From Actinomycetes bacterium (GTDB lineage Bacteria; Actinomycetota; Acidimicrobiia; Acidimicrobiales; JAMCPL01): a stretch of 64,000 nt of DNA. Location of the stretch: positions 4,659 to 68,658 of the forward strand of contig JAJZWU010000005.1 of NCBI GenBank assembly GCA_021846515.1, in the 5' to 3' direction. The notes under the pieces are model-generated. The model made no database searches. It saw only the letters and a program-made list of their open reading frames with translations, and was not told the DNA's origin. Below are positions 35,932 through 47,500 of the stretch, piece after piece. The position numbers and the translations under genes are program-made. Each line of letters opens with the position of its first letter. Positions within the stretch are counted from its first letter, which is position 1.

Positions 35932-38871
35932 CTACTGCCGGCGCGCTCTCATTTCGGACAGTTCTTCAGGGGTCATAAGAACAGCACGCGCCTTTGAGCC
36001 CTCAGATGGACCCACGACACCCTTGCGCTCGAGAATGTCCATAAGCCTACCGGCTCGGGCAAATCCAACTTTTAGCTTACGCTGTAACATCGAAGTCGAA
36101 CCAAGCTGGGCATTTACCACCAGCTCAAGAGCGGCATTGACCAGATCATCGTCGTCCTGTGAAGAGGATGATGACACTACAGAAGTGTTGGCATCATCCA
36201 GATCTATCTCATGTCGTACCGATCCCTGGCGCTTCCAGTAAGCAACCACACTGTGTACCTCACGGGTATCTATCCACGCTCCCTGTATGCGTCTTGGAAC
36301 CGACGATGAAGCTGTCAGCATCAGCATATCCCCCTTGCCGATCAAACGCTCCGCACCTGGCTGGTCCAGGATAACGCGGCTATCGGCCAATGAAGAGACC
36401 GCAAAAGCCAGTCGTGACGGTATGTTTGCCTTGATCACGCCTGTAATGACATCTACCGATGGACGCTGAGTTGCAAGTACGAGGTGTATACCCACAGCCC
36501 TTGCCATTTGAGCTATACGGCAGACCGACTCTTCCACGTCTCGCGCTGCCACCATCATTAGGTCGTTCAACTCATCAACGACGATGACTATGTAAGGTAA
36601 CGGTTCCAATGTCTCCTCATTCTCCAACGACTCGCCGTCCTCCAACGACTCGCCACCCTCCGGAGGTACCTCAACACCCTGCGACGACATATCCTCGCCT
36701 CTCTCCGGCATCTCCTCATATTCCGAAGACTCGCCATATATCCCAACAGGCTCAGAGTTCAGTGCATCTACAGTTTCGTTGTAGCCTCCAATATCACGTG
36801 CGCCCACACCTGCCAGCAATCTGTATCTCCTGTCCATCTCCTCTACTGCCCAGGCAAGCGCGTTGGCCGCCTTGCGCGGATCTACGACCACTTCGGTGAG
36901 AAGGTGAGGAAGGCCTTTGTATGGACCCAGCTCCACTCGCTTTGGATCAATAAGAATGAGCCTTACCTGCTCCGGGGTAGCGTTGAGTAGTATCCCGGTG
37001 AGCATGGAGTTTATAAAGGAGGACTTTCCCGAACCAGTAGCTCCCGATATGAGCAAATGGGGCATATCCGCAAGATTGGTCATTATGCTCTTTCCCGATA
37101 TATCCCTGCCCAACGGTATACTCAGTGGATGCTTTGCAGCCCTGGCATCTTTTGAAGAGAGGAGGTCGCCCAATGTAATCAACTCCCTCTCCCTGTTGGG
37201 TACCTCTATACCTATGGCCGACTTACCGGGTATTGGAGCCAGAATACGCACATCGGGAGATGCCATTGCATAGGCAATATCTTTAGAGAGACTGGTCACC
37301 CTTGCCACCTTGACACCGGGACCCAATTCCAGTTCATACCTGGTAACCGTAGGACCGACCGTAAATCCGGAAAGTCGTGTCTCTACTCCATGGGTAGCCA
37401 ACGCACCGACCAGAGCACGTCCTATGTTGCTTATATCACGCTTGTCGACAGTTACTTTGACCGAACGTGACAGCAACTGGATAGGAGGCAACTTCCATGC
37501 CCTCTGCCCCTTAAGGGCAAATAACCTCTGTTGGATGCCTTCTCTGTCGCTATCACCCGAACCATCTGTATGGCTGGCTACCCCGGCAATCTCCCCTATC
37601 TCCGTACCCCCTCTATCCACGTGACCGGAATATGATGTGTCGGCACTTAACCCGCTAGCACTCAACCCGTCACCGCCACCCACCTCGACTACCGTCTCGG
37701 CATAACTACCCAACTCCCCCACCACTGCGGCCCCCTCATGGTCTGCATCCATGCTCGACATACCCGAACTCGAATCCGGCATACCGGAACCGCCAGCCGG
37801 AGTATCTTCGTCTACATGCAATACACCCCCAGAATAATCTGAATGTTCGCCCTGCCGGGAATCAGCATAATCATTCTGCAGGTCACTATTTACCGCGTGC
37901 AACCATTCAGAACCATATACGGCACTGGCAAAGCCGGTAGCCTCAGCTTCCTCCGACATACCCGAGCTGAATCCATCGGCAGAATCTACAGATAGGCTCC
38001 CATCTGGCTGATCGACAGAATTAAGCGGCTTTTTGGGATAGAACAGACTCCACAAACCGGCAACCACCCCGGCCACAAAATGAAAGACCTGACGTAGGGT
38101 AATCCCGGTAATTATCAATAGGGAAAACAACCCCAATGCGACAAGGACAATGACAGCTCCGACGCTTCCTATTCCTGCATTCAACACTCCCCCAATGCCT
38201 ACACCCACCCACCCACCTGCTTCCAGCAATTTACCGGCTGGATGCACAGAAATACCCGGCAAACCGCCAGCAATATCGGCAAGCCCGGACAGGCACCCCA
38301 TCACGACAACCGAGGCTCCAGTCTGCCAGGGTAGATCTTTCACTACCCGTCCGTTGAGCAGACGTGCGGGTAGTACGATATACACTGCCACAATAAGGAA
38401 TAATGGGGGAAGGGCAAACCTGGTAATCCCCATCAATACGCCGAGGTAATGTCTCGACAGCACTCCAGCCGGGCCCAAAGAGCCGGCGTAAAGAGATATC
38501 GCCAGTAATATCGCGCAAAGACTAATTACCAGAGATATCAGGTCTACCTTGTACCGCTTCGACATAGCCAAACCTTCACCCATACCGCCATCGGGGAACT
38601 GAGCCGGCTGATTACCTACCGAAACCGCACCTGCTACCTTGCCGGTATCAGCCTTACGTGCAGAAACACGCTTTCCGGAGAGATTGCCTGTCGTGCTACG
38701 CGACCCATTCTTAATGCTATGGCGACCGCGAGCAGTATTACTGCTGCTTACAGCTCTTCTGGTAGTTGTCGATTTGGCCGCGACTCTTTTACGGCCAGCC
38801 GCCCTGCCGGAGGCCGTATTCTTACCGGTGTTCCTATTGGCAGTCTTCCGCTTAACAGATGTTGTAGTCAT
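35932..38871 (-). CDS. ftsK: DNA translocase FtsK/SpoIIIE
   Basis: Basic N-terminal tail, about 4 TM helices, an acidic/Gly-rich linker, a motor domain (Walker A GATGSGKSS, Walker B IVIVVDELNDLMM) and a gamma winged-helix domain. Start taken at MTTTSVKRK (38871). The ORF-track N-terminal extension is rejected. Confidence 0.9.
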   Translation of the reverse strand: MTTTSVKRKTANRNTGKNTASGRAAGRKRVAAKSTTTRRAVSSSNTARGRHSIKNGSRSTTGNLSGKRVSARKADTGKVAGAVSVGNQPAQFPDGGMGEGLAMSKRYKVDLISLVISLCAILLAISLYAGSLGPAGVLSRHYLGVLMGITRFALPPLFLIVAVYIVLPARLLNGRVVKDLPWQTGASVVVMGCLSGLADIAGGLPGISVHPAGKLLEAGGWVGVGIGGVLNAGIGSVGAVIVLVALGLFSLLIITGITLRQVFHFVAGVVAGLWSLFYPKKPLNSVDQPDGSLSVDSADGFSSGMSEEAEATGFASAVYGSEWLHAVNSDLQNDYADSRQGEHSDYSGGVLHVDEDTPAGGSGMPDSSSGMSSMDADHEGAAVVGELGSYAETVVEVGGGDGLSASGLSADTSYSGHVDRGGTEIGEIAGVASHTDGSGDSDREGIQQRLFALKGQRAWKLPPIQLLSRSVKVTVDKRDISNIGRALVGALATHGVETRLSGFTVGPTVTRYELELGPGVKVARVTSLSKDIAYAMASPDVRILAPIPGKSAIGIEVPNRERELITLGDLLSSKDARAAKHPLSIPLGRDISGKSIMTNLADMPHLLISGATGSGKSSFINSMLTGILLNATPEQVRLILIDPKRVELGPYKGLPHLLTEVVVDPRKAANALAWAVEEMDRRYRLLAGVGARDIGGYNETVDALNSEPVGIYGESSEYEEMPERGEDMSSQGVEVPPEGGESLEDGESLENEETLEPLPYIVIVVDELNDLMMVAARDVEESVCRIAQMARAVGIHLVLATQRPSVDVITGVIKANIPSRLAFAVSSLADSRVILDQPGAERLIGKGDMLMLTASSSVPRRIQGAWIDTREVHSVVAYWKRQGSVRHEIDLDDANTSVVSSSSSQDDDDLVNAALELVVNAQLGSTSMLQRKLKVGFARAGRLMDILERKGVVGPSEGSKARAVLMTPEELSEMRARRQ

Positions 38872-38985
38872 GGCGTCCAAGTATATACATACAGACACCA
38901 GTTTACACGAGTGTAATTCACAGATGTTGAATACAGGGAAACGCAAGCCCTGCCAGTGCCGACAGGGAAAGCCCACTGCGGCAAT

Positions 38986-40683
38986 TCACATAACTACTAC
39001 GACAGGTACTATAAGGGGACGGCGTTTGGTACGCTCGTTTACGAATTTGCCCAATGCCCTACGTACCTGCAGATGGAGGGTTTCATCGTCTTCCGCTCCA
39101 TCGGCCATAGCCTTTTCCAGGCTGTCATGGACAATGTTGGCAGCCTCCTCCAGCATGTCCTCAGCCTCTTTGGCATGAACCCATCCCCTGGTCACCACTT
39201 CGGGAGTGCCGATCACCTCTCCGTTGTGTATATCCACCACCGCCATGACTACCAACATGCCCTCTTCGGCAAGCACTCTCCTGTCACGCAATACCCCATG
39301 ACTGACATCGCCCACGGTGCCATCAACAAAGAGAAATCCTGCCGGTACATCATCAATCCTGTGCAGCCCTGTGGCATCCAACCTCAAACTAGTCCCATCT
39401 TCACAAACGGTTGCCTTTGAGTCATCTACACCTGCCCGATTGGCGAGTTCGACATGGCGCACCAAGTGACGCAATTCGCCGTGAACCGGAATGAAGTATT
39501 CCGGCTTGACAATAGATAAGAGCATCTGCAGTTCGTCACGGCGTGCATGCCCACTTACATGGACATCTTCGATGCCGGTATGTATGACTTCCGCCCCTCT
39601 CCGGGTAAGGCCGTTTATCACGTTACCAACAGCCCACTCGTTGCCGGGAATAGGATGCGCACTTATTATCACAAGGTCATCCTCACCCAACTTCATCATC
39701 TTGCTGTCTCCGGCAGCAAGCAACGCAAGTGCAGAGAGCGGCTCACCCTGCGAGCCGGTACACAGGATGCACAACCTGCCGGGATCCATACTTCCAATAG
39801 ATTCTACAGGAACCTGGTCGTCTTCCGGCAGATCGAGTATTCCAAGCCTTATGGCAAGCTCAATGTTCTTCTCCATCGACCTTCCCAGCGCGACAATTTT
39901 TCGTCCGGCGTGCCTGGCTGCATCGGCTATCTGTTGTATCCTATGGATGTGGCTGGCAAAGCAGGCCGCAACTATCCTCTTGTGGGAGTTGGTGGCTATT
40001 ATCCTGTCAATGACCTCTCCCACTACAGACTCCGAGGGAGTATAACCAGGCTCGTCGGCATTGGTGGAATCGGAGAGCAGGAGCCTGATCCCACTTGATC
40101 TGGACAGCTCCCCTATCCTCGCCAGGTCGGTAAAGCGCCCGTCAACTGGGGAAAGATCCAGTTTGAAGTCTCCCGTATGCAGGATAACCCCCTGATCTGT
40201 ATGGAATGCCACAGCAAAGCCGTCCGGCACCGAGTGGGTGACGGGGATGAACTCCACACGAAACGGCCCTATCTCTATGGTCTCGCCATCCTGCACTACC
40301 CTATACTGCGCCCTGTCAGCAAGTCCAGCTTCCTCTATCCTGCTGCCGACCAACGATAAAGTAAGAGCAGAACCGTATACAGGAGCTTTCAATTCTCTCA
40401 AAAGATAGGGTAAGCCACCGGTATGATCCTCATGTCCGTGGGTCAATATGATCCCATCTACAGAGTTGGCCCTGTCGTAAATATAATCAAAATTGGGTAA
40501 TACAAGGTCCACCCCCGGCATATCCGGCTCAGGAAACATTACCCCGCAATCGAGCACTACCATCCGGCCGCCTGATTCTATGCAGGCGCAGTTGCGTCCA
40601 ATTTCGCCCAGCCCACCCAAAAACGTAATAGTTACCGGCTCGCCCAGCCCGCCACGGGATTCCCGCGACGAAGCGCTAGTCAC
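38986..40683 (-). CDS. rnj: Ribonuclease J
   Basis: 565 aa. Metallo-beta-lactamase HGHEDHTGG motif, beta-CASP and RNase J C-terminal domain. The start overlaps the uvrB stop by 8 nt. Confidence 0.9.
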   Translation of the reverse strand: MTSASSRESRGGLGEPVTITFLGGLGEIGRNCACIESGGRMVVLDCGVMFPEPDMPGVDLVLPNFDYIYDRANSVDGIILTHGHEDHTGGLPYLLRELKAPVYGSALTLSLVGSRIEEAGLADRAQYRVVQDGETIEIGPFRVEFIPVTHSVPDGFAVAFHTDQGVILHTGDFKLDLSPVDGRFTDLARIGELSRSSGIRLLLSDSTNADEPGYTPSESVVGEVIDRIIATNSHKRIVAACFASHIHRIQQIADAARHAGRKIVALGRSMEKNIELAIRLGILDLPEDDQVPVESIGSMDPGRLCILCTGSQGEPLSALALLAAGDSKMMKLGEDDLVIISAHPIPGNEWAVGNVINGLTRRGAEVIHTGIEDVHVSGHARRDELQMLLSIVKPEYFIPVHGELRHLVRHVELANRAGVDDSKATVCEDGTSLRLDATGLHRIDDVPAGFLFVDGTVGDVSHGVLRDRRVLAEEGMLVVMAVVDIHNGEVIGTPEVVTRGWVHAKEAEDMLEEAANIVHDSLEKAMADGAEDDETLHLQVRRALGKFVNERTKRRPLIVPVVVVM

Positions 40684-42895
40684 GACTGCTACCGGCCGTA
40701 GTCTTCTCTGTCACGCCGATTTCCCCGGTGCGTTCGATTTCCATCGCAATATCCCTATGTATCTCAAATATCTCATCACGGATGGCCGCTGCCTCCTCGT
40801 ATCGTAATTCACTGGCTGCACGTTGCATTTCTCGCTCAAGAAGCTCCAACCGGGCTTCCAGCTCCAGCGGGATCGAAAGTGGGATCGCACCTGCCATATT
40901 GCGCATGCCGTCGCTTAGCTTTACCTTACCGCCTACACTATCACTGTCATCACCGGAGGTGGCGCCAAGAGGGGATACATCGGCATCCAAGGCATCCAAT
41001 GTCAGCCTACCGCCCCGAGCCGGCACTTTCGGCCCCGCCTTTCTGCCATGAGCATTTCTACCTGCCCTTACGCCAGTGCCGGACGCAACTTGAGTGGAGC
41101 GCATGGAATCCAATATGTCAGAGACCGCCTTGTGCACGGTGACCGGGTTGATCCCATGCTCTTCGTTATAAGCCTTCTGAATAGAACGCCTTCGATCTGT
41201 CTCCTGGATAGCCTGGCGCATTGCACCTGTAATGGTATCGGCGTACAACACCACCTTACCGTCTACATTACGTGCTGCACGGCCGATGGTCTGGATCAAT
41301 GACGACCCGGATCGCAGGAAGCCCTCTTTATCGGCATCCAAAATGGCTACAAGTGCAACCTCCGGTAGATCCAGTCCCTCTCTGAGTAAATTGATACCGA
41401 CCAGAATATCAAACTCCCCCAAGCGCAAGTCTCTTATTGTATCGATCCGCTCTATAGTGTCTATATCAGAATGCATATAACGCACCCTGAATCCCGCCTC
41501 GGATAGATATTCAGTCAGTTGCTCAGCCATCTTCTTGGTAAGAGTTGTAATCAACGCACGTTGAGAAGCCGCCACAGCAGAAGTAAGGCGCTCGCGAAGA
41601 TCGTCTATCTGGCCGGTAGTGGGATGTATGGTGATCTCCGGGTCGACAAGCCCGGTCGGCCTGATCACCTGCTCTACCACTCTTCCGGAAACCTCCAGCT
41701 CATATTGGCTGGGCGTAGCCGACATAAAGATCATCTGAGGAACCTTGCCGACAAACTCGTCAAAGGTAAGCGGCCTGTTATCGAGCGCCGAGGGCAACCT
41801 GAACCCGTGCTCTACAAGCGTGAGCTTCCGTGACCTGTCACCCACAAACTGCCCGTGCAGCTGAGGTATTGCGACATGGCTCTCATCTGCAACGACTAAC
41901 ATATCTGGAGGGAAATAATCAAGCAACGTATAGGGTGGCTCACCGGCCTCCCTGCCGTCCAGATGGCGGCTGTAGTTCTCTATGCCGCTGCAGCTACCCA
42001 CCTCCGCCAGCATCTCCAGATCGTGCTCGGTGCGCATCTTCAGTCGTTGAGCTTCAAGCAATTTCCCCTCTGCCTTGAATTGCCTGAGCCTTTCGCCAAG
42101 TTCCGCCTCAATCGACGTTATGGCCTTTTTCAGGCGTTCTTCACCGGCAATATAGTGCGTGGCAGGCAACAATACAATGTCGTCCAACGATTCTAACGCA
42201 CTGCCGGTAACAGTATCGAATCGTTTTATAGATGTAACCTCATCGCCAAACAACTCTATCCTTATACCATATTCCTCATAAGACGGATGCAATTCAATAA
42301 TGTCACCCCGCACTCTAAAGCGCCCACGGCTCAAATCGATGTCATTGCGTCTGTAGTGCAACCTGACAAAACTGCGTAACAGCTCTCGTTGATCTACGGT
42401 AGAACCAACCGTCAAAGCCACCATATTGTCTCGATATTCCTGGGGAGACCCAAGTCCATAGATACAGGAGACCGATGCAACCACCACTACGTCATTGCGC
42501 AAGAGTAGTGCTGAAGTTGCACTGTGGCGCAACCGATCAATATCTTCATTCAAAGATGAATCTTTCTCTATATACAGATCGCTGGTAGGCAGATATGCTT
42601 CCGGCTGATAGTAGTCATAATACGATACGAAGTATTCGACGCGGTTGTGGGGCATGAGCATTCTAAGCTCGGAGGAGAGTTGAGCTGCCAATGATTTGTT
42701 TGGTTCTATGATTAGAGTCGGCCTCTGAACCGACTCGATCACCCAAGCCATAGTTGCTGTCTTGCCGCTACCGGTGACCCCGAGAAGAGTCTGGTACCGG
42801 ATACCCTGCTTTACGCCGTCCGCAAGTGACTCAATGGCCTGTGGCTGATCGCCGGCAGGACGAAACTGCCCTACTACCTTAAACTGCTCAGCCAT
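40676..42895 (-). CDS. uvrB: Excinuclease ABC subunit B
   Basis: Helicase motifs ([12 protein letters not shown]) and a C-terminal UVR domain ([11 protein letters not shown]). Start taken at [21 protein letters not shown] (42895). Confidence 0.95.
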   Translation of the reverse strand: MAEQFKVVGQFRPAGDQPQAIESLADGVKQGIRYQTLLGVTGSGKTATMAWVIESVQRPTLIIEPNKSLAAQLSSELRMLMPHNRVEYFVSYYDYYQPEAYLPTSDLYIEKDSSLNEDIDRLRHSATSALLLRNDVVVVASVSCIYGLGSPQEYRDNMVALTVGSTVDQRELLRSFVRLHYRRNDIDLSRGRFRVRGDIIELHPSYEEYGIRIELFGDEVTSIKRFDTVTGSALESLDDIVLLPATHYIAGEERLKKAITSIEAELGERLRQFKAEGKLLEAQRLKMRTEHDLEMLAEVGSCSGIENYSRHLDGREAGEPPYTLLDYFPPDMLVVADESHVAIPQLHGQFVGDRSRKLTLVEHGFRLPSALDNRPLTFDEFVGKVPQMIFMSATPSQYELEVSGRVVEQVIRPTGLVDPEITIHPTTGQIDDLRERLTSAVAASQRALITTLTKKMAEQLTEYLSEAGFRVRYMHSDIDTIERIDTIRDLRLGEFDILVGINLLREGLDLPEVALVAILDADKEGFLRSGSSLIQTIGRAARNVDGKVVLYADTITGAMRQAIQETDRRRSIQKAYNEEHGINPVTVHKAVSDILDSMRSTQVASGTGVRAGRNAHGRKAGPKVPARGGRLTLDALDADVSPLGATSGDDSDSVGGKVKLSDGMRNMAGAIPLSIPLELEARLELLEREMQRAASELRYEEAAAIRDEIFEIHRDIAMEIERTGEIGVTEKTTAGSSRD

Positions 42896-42968
42896 AGCGC
42901 TTCTCTTACCATAACCTGCTCCAGGCAGCACACCAAACGACCGAAGCTACCTTAAACTGCTCAGCCAT
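42874..42968. repeat. Two identical 22-bp direct repeats CTACCTTAAACTGCTCAGCCAT (42874-42895 and 42947-42968)
   Basis: Read directly. Copy 1 is the first 22 nt of uvrB (reverse complement ATGGCTGAGCAGTTTAAGGTAG). Copy 2 encodes the last codons and stop of coaE in another frame. The flanks are unrelated. Confidence 0.9.
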
Positions 42969-43558
42969 GCCCACAACCTCTCTATCTCGTTATCCAGCTG
43001 CGCAAGAGAACCTGAGTTGTCCACGACAAAGTCAGCCATCGCCAGCCTTTTATCCCGATCCATCTGTGCCGCAATACGCGATTGTACGTCTTCATCGGTC
43101 ATATTTCTTGACTCCACAACTCTCGAAATAGCAATCTCAGGAGGACAATCTACCACCACTATCTTATCCAGTCTGAGTAGCTCACGGTGGTAGGGCTGCA
43201 ATAATGGTATGTCAAAAATGCCTATTCCACCGGTTTCGTCCAGCGCAACTCTGCGTTCCACCAAAACCCTGCCGACTTCTGGATGTGTAATCGCGTTCAG
43301 ATCGCGAAGGGCTTCTTCATCTCCAAATACCAGGGAAGCAAGCTTCTCTCTGTCCAATTCACCACTGCCGGATACAACTCCCTGCCCAAAGCGATCCACT
43401 ATCGCGTAGAAGGCAGTAGAACCATTCAGGCATACTTCACGAGCAATTTTATCGGCATCCACAATTGTCGCGCCACGACCACCAAGCGCTTTGGAAACGG
43501 TAGACTTGCCGCTACCTATACCACCGCTCAATCCGGCAACGACCAAGTTGTGACCCAT
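42947..43558 (-). CDS. coaE: Dephospho-CoA kinase
   Basis: 203 aa. P-loop GLSGGIGSGKST. Adjacent to uvrB, as in many actinobacteria. Confidence 0.9.
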   Translation of the reverse strand: MGHNLVVAGLSGGIGSGKSTVSKALGGRGATIVDADKIAREVCLNGSTAFYAIVDRFGQGVVSGSGELDREKLASLVFGDEEALRDLNAITHPEVGRVLVERRVALDETGGIGIFDIPLLQPYHRELLRLDKIVVVDCPPEIAISRVVESRNMTDEDVQSRIAAQMDRDKRLAMADFVVDNSGSLAQLDNEIERLWAWLSSLR

Positions 43559-44365
43559 CTAACGGGTACCGGGGAGATCATAGTGAATGGGCTTGCTTAC
43601 CATGGCAAACAGCGCGAGCGTAGTGTCATCAATCTCGTTTGTGACGTAGAAGTCATCTTCGGAGATGCCTGTCAACCCACCTACATCCTGCCTGGCAACC
43701 AGCCTGTAAGCAAGTGGCAGTATTTTTTCATAAGTAGCCACATACCATGACCGAGGTATCTTGCGGCGAATGCCGAATATGTCCAGTGCCAGCAGCTTTC
43801 GCGCACGAGAGCGTCGCCTGGCAAAATCCTCCTTCACTGCAGAGGACCCATCCAGTCCGCCAATCCACACACTCGAAAAGTACCTACCGAGCAACTTCTG
43901 AAGGCTATCCTTCCTGAAAGGATAAACATGAAATGGATTCTCGAAATCGGCAGGTTCGTTTGGCGTAATGAAAAAGGCGGTTCCGGACGGCTTTAGTACT
44001 CTGGCCACCTCCGAGACATGATCTTCGGGAGTATAAAAGTGCTCTATAAGATGAGAGGAGCATGCCCAATCAAAACCGCCACGCGGAAGACCAAGTTTTG
44101 TAGCATCCATAGCGGCAACCTGAAGCCCGGACTCACTGTATTGCTTCCTGGCGGAACTGAGGGCGTTATACTCATAGTCAACACCGAGCACTTCACGTCC
44201 CGGCGCCGCAAACCCCGCAGAGGCAAACCCTTCGCCGCAACCCACATCCAGCAGCCTCCCGGGTCCAAGCCTCAGTCTTACCTCTCTATATCCGGCCACA
44301 TGGAATGCCAGCAGCGAATCTGGGGTACGCCCCGGTAATGGCCGCTCTCCGGTCAAATCTGCCAT
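43559..44365 (-). CDS. Class I SAM-dependent methyltransferase
   Basis: 268 aa. Motif I is LLDVGCGEGF. Its stop abuts the coaE start. Confidence 0.75.
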   Translation of the reverse strand: MADLTGERPLPGRTPDSLLAFHVAGYREVRLRLGPGRLLDVGCGEGFASAGFAAPGREVLGVDYEYNALSSARKQYSESGLQVAAMDATKLGLPRGGFDWACSSHLIEHFYTPEDHVSEVARVLKPSGTAFFITPNEPADFENPFHVYPFRKDSLQKLLGRYFSSVWIGGLDGSSAVKEDFARRRSRARKLLALDIFGIRRKIPRSWYVATYEKILPLAYRLVARQDVGGLTGISEDDFYVTNEIDDTTLALFAMVSKPIHYDLPGTR

Positions 44366-44522
44366 ATTAAAGGCTCCAACAAATCTTTGCCTGTGAACAC
44401 TATCATCTACAATAATCTAGTGTAGTGCTCCGGCTAAAATAAATCGAACAAACGAAATGTTACTCATACAAAAGTCGAGACAAGCATAAATATGATCCTT
44501 ATATGAAAAACGATATAGCTCA

Positions 44523-47500
44523 ATGACAGAATCAGCCATAACGACGGGCACTGTTTCATCGGTATCCCAGCCGGATAAAAAATATCCTGCATTTATGAGA
44601 TCTGCCCGCCACAGGCAAATGAATACCCAGTCAAGGCTATCCAGGGTAGCCGAGTACCTTGTTATAGCACTGATAGGGTATATTCCCCAGTTGGCCTCCC
44701 GTCCGGGAGTGGTGGTGTCGGACACAAAGAGTTACCTCTATCTGGACCCCGGTAGGTTCCTGGTGCAGTCTATGTATATGTGGTACCCGAGCATGGCGGC
44801 AGGTACCGTCACCCATGAGCGGATAGGGTACCTCTTCCCAATGGGTCCATTTTTCCTGGCGGCTCGCTTCGCCGGTATACCACTATGGGTAGCTGAACGC
44901 CTCTGGATGGGCAGCATACTGTTTGGTGCAGGGGCAGGTGTCCTGTATATGTGCAAGGTTCTGGGTATACGAGGCCCCGGAAGGCCGGTTGCGGCGCTGG
45001 CATACATGATATCGCCGTACTTCCTGCAATATGTCGGGAGAGAATCAGTCATCACCCTGGCTTGGGCAGGCCTGCCATTCATGATTGCCTATACGGAAAA
45101 GACCCTATCATCTAATCGCAAGCAGCCGGGGAGTTGGCGCTACCCGGCCCTCTTCGCCATAGTAGTTGCAACGATAAGCGGTATAAACGCCACAGCCGTA
45201 CTCTATCTGGGCCTGGCGCCCGTACTATGGATCCTCTTCCAGGTAACGGTAACCAGGGAGCACACTTGGAAGGAGGCCTGGAGGGCTACCTGGAGAATAG
45301 GAATGTTGACAACCCTGCTTTCCCTGTGGTGGGTTGGCGGATTGTACGTGGAAGGCGCCTATGGCATCAACGTCCTCAAGTACACAGAGACTGTCCCGGC
45401 AGTAGCTTCGACCTCTCTGGCTTCAGAGATACTGAGGGGACTTGGATACTGGTATTTTTACGGCAGTGGGAGGCTGGGGCTGTGGGTAATAACCTCATCA
45501 GAGATGACCCAGCAATTGACAACTCTGGCATTCAGCTTTGCAGTTCCTATCCTTGCTTTTGTGTCAGCCATATGGATATCGTTCAGATACCGCTCCTATT
45601 TCGCATTCCTGATCGCATTCGGCATGATCTTTGCGGTAGGTACTTATCCCTATACGCATCCGTCTTTCATAGGGGAACTACTCAAGTTGTTTATGACCAA
45701 AACTACTGCAGGATTTGCCATACGCTCCACAGACAGAGCTACCCCAATGGTCATATTGGGTACATCGGTACTACTTGGACTCGGGATAACGGCACTATAT
45801 CGCCATACACTATCCCGTTACAAAGAAAGTGGCACAACAAGGCATAATTGGCTCCATAGCAAACTCAAGTATCTGGTAGGGGTCGCAGCAGCACTTGTAT
45901 GCGCAACTATCATAGCACTCGCAAATCCGGCAGTATGGAATGGAACTACCGTTCCAAGCCATTATACCCAACCCCACCCTCTGCCTTCCTATGAGTACAA
46001 GGCAGCATCCTGGCTGGACTCTCACTGCAATGGAAAGCGTGTATTGGTGGAACCCGGTGAGGACTTTGCCGCTTACAGGTACGGGGACACCATTGACACC
46101 ATCTACCCCGGCATATCCACCTGCCAATTCATACTCAGAGAGCAACTCATCATGGGGTCTCTCCCTACCGCCGATATGATGTACGCGATAGACAGCCCAA
46201 TACAGGAAGGTGCTTATAACTGGAAGGCTCTTGCTCCAATGGCAAGGCTGTTTTCCGCTGGTTATATCCTGGTCCAGAACAATCTTCAATACGAACGCTA
46301 TGGCCAACCACACCCACGCATACTCTGGCAACATTTTGCCTCAGGCATCCCAGGGCTCGGCAAACCTGTAGGTTTTGGCAAACCAACACCAAACATATCG
46401 TCAATCCCCTGGGTGGATGAGCAGGTCCTTAAATCTCCCGCAGATCTTCCCTGGCCATCCCCTGTGGAGGTACTGCCAGTAAGCGACCCACGACCCATAG
46501 TAAGAGCAGAATCTACCAACAGCGAATTGCTGGTAGATGGAGATGCATCCGGCATAGCCGATGCAGCCAGTGTAGGACTGCTCAATGGTAATAATGCAAT
46601 TTTATATGCCGGCACCCTGGACAAGCACAAGAGCCAGCTCGACAAGGCCATCAAAAATGGTGCCGTATTGGTGGTAACCGACTCCAACAAGAAACGTGCA
46701 TTCGCCTGGGACTTATTACATGGGAATGTTGGATACACCGAAATAGCCTCGGAACACTACGCTGCCAGCCACCCCAGCGATGCTCCACTTAGAATCTTTG
46801 GGAAACAACCTGCATCGGCCATGACGGTTGCCCAGTTCACCGGCAACGTTGCCTCGGTTACAGCATCTTCCTACGGCAATGCGATAGCTTACAACCCCGA
46901 ATACCAACCGGCAATGGCACTGGACGGTGACCTGAATACAAGCTGGCTGGTCGGTGCATTCGGCGTAGGATCCGGGCAATGGTGGCAGGTGAATTTGCGC
47001 CATTCAATTACCACGGACAAGATAAACTTGGTTCAGCCACTTGCGAAGTCCGACCGGTCCATTACCAGGGTCACCCTGTTTTTCAGCAAGTCGTCAAATC
47101 CACAGTTTCCGAACGGTTCTACCGCTCCACAACACGGTATAACTGTTGATATGACAGCGGCATCGCTCACTCCGCAGGGGCAGACTATAACCTTTTCTCC
47201 GCACACATTCAAGACACTCAGAATAAGGATAGACAGCACCAATAGGAGCCAGCTTGGCTCAAAGGCCGCCATACCGCCGGTGGGGTTCTCGGAGGTACGC
47301 ATACCGGGTATATCCACCACCCGCAACCTGTTGATGCCAAAAGACCTACTTAGCGCCGCAGGCAGTGCATCTATCCACAATCAACTCGTAATCATCATGG
47401 ACCGCCACAGGCTATCTCCATATCCTCCTCACAGCGATCCGGAGCACCAACTTAGGCGCATAGTATGGCTCCCCGATACAAGGAGGTTTGGCATATCCGG

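Noticed and set aside
44417-44725. A 102-aa minus-strand ORF spanning the methyltransferase/AftD-like intergenic region.
   Set aside because: It overlaps the 5' end of the 1645-aa gene on the opposite strand, has no motifs, and lies in AT-rich promoter-like DNA. It is most likely spurious.
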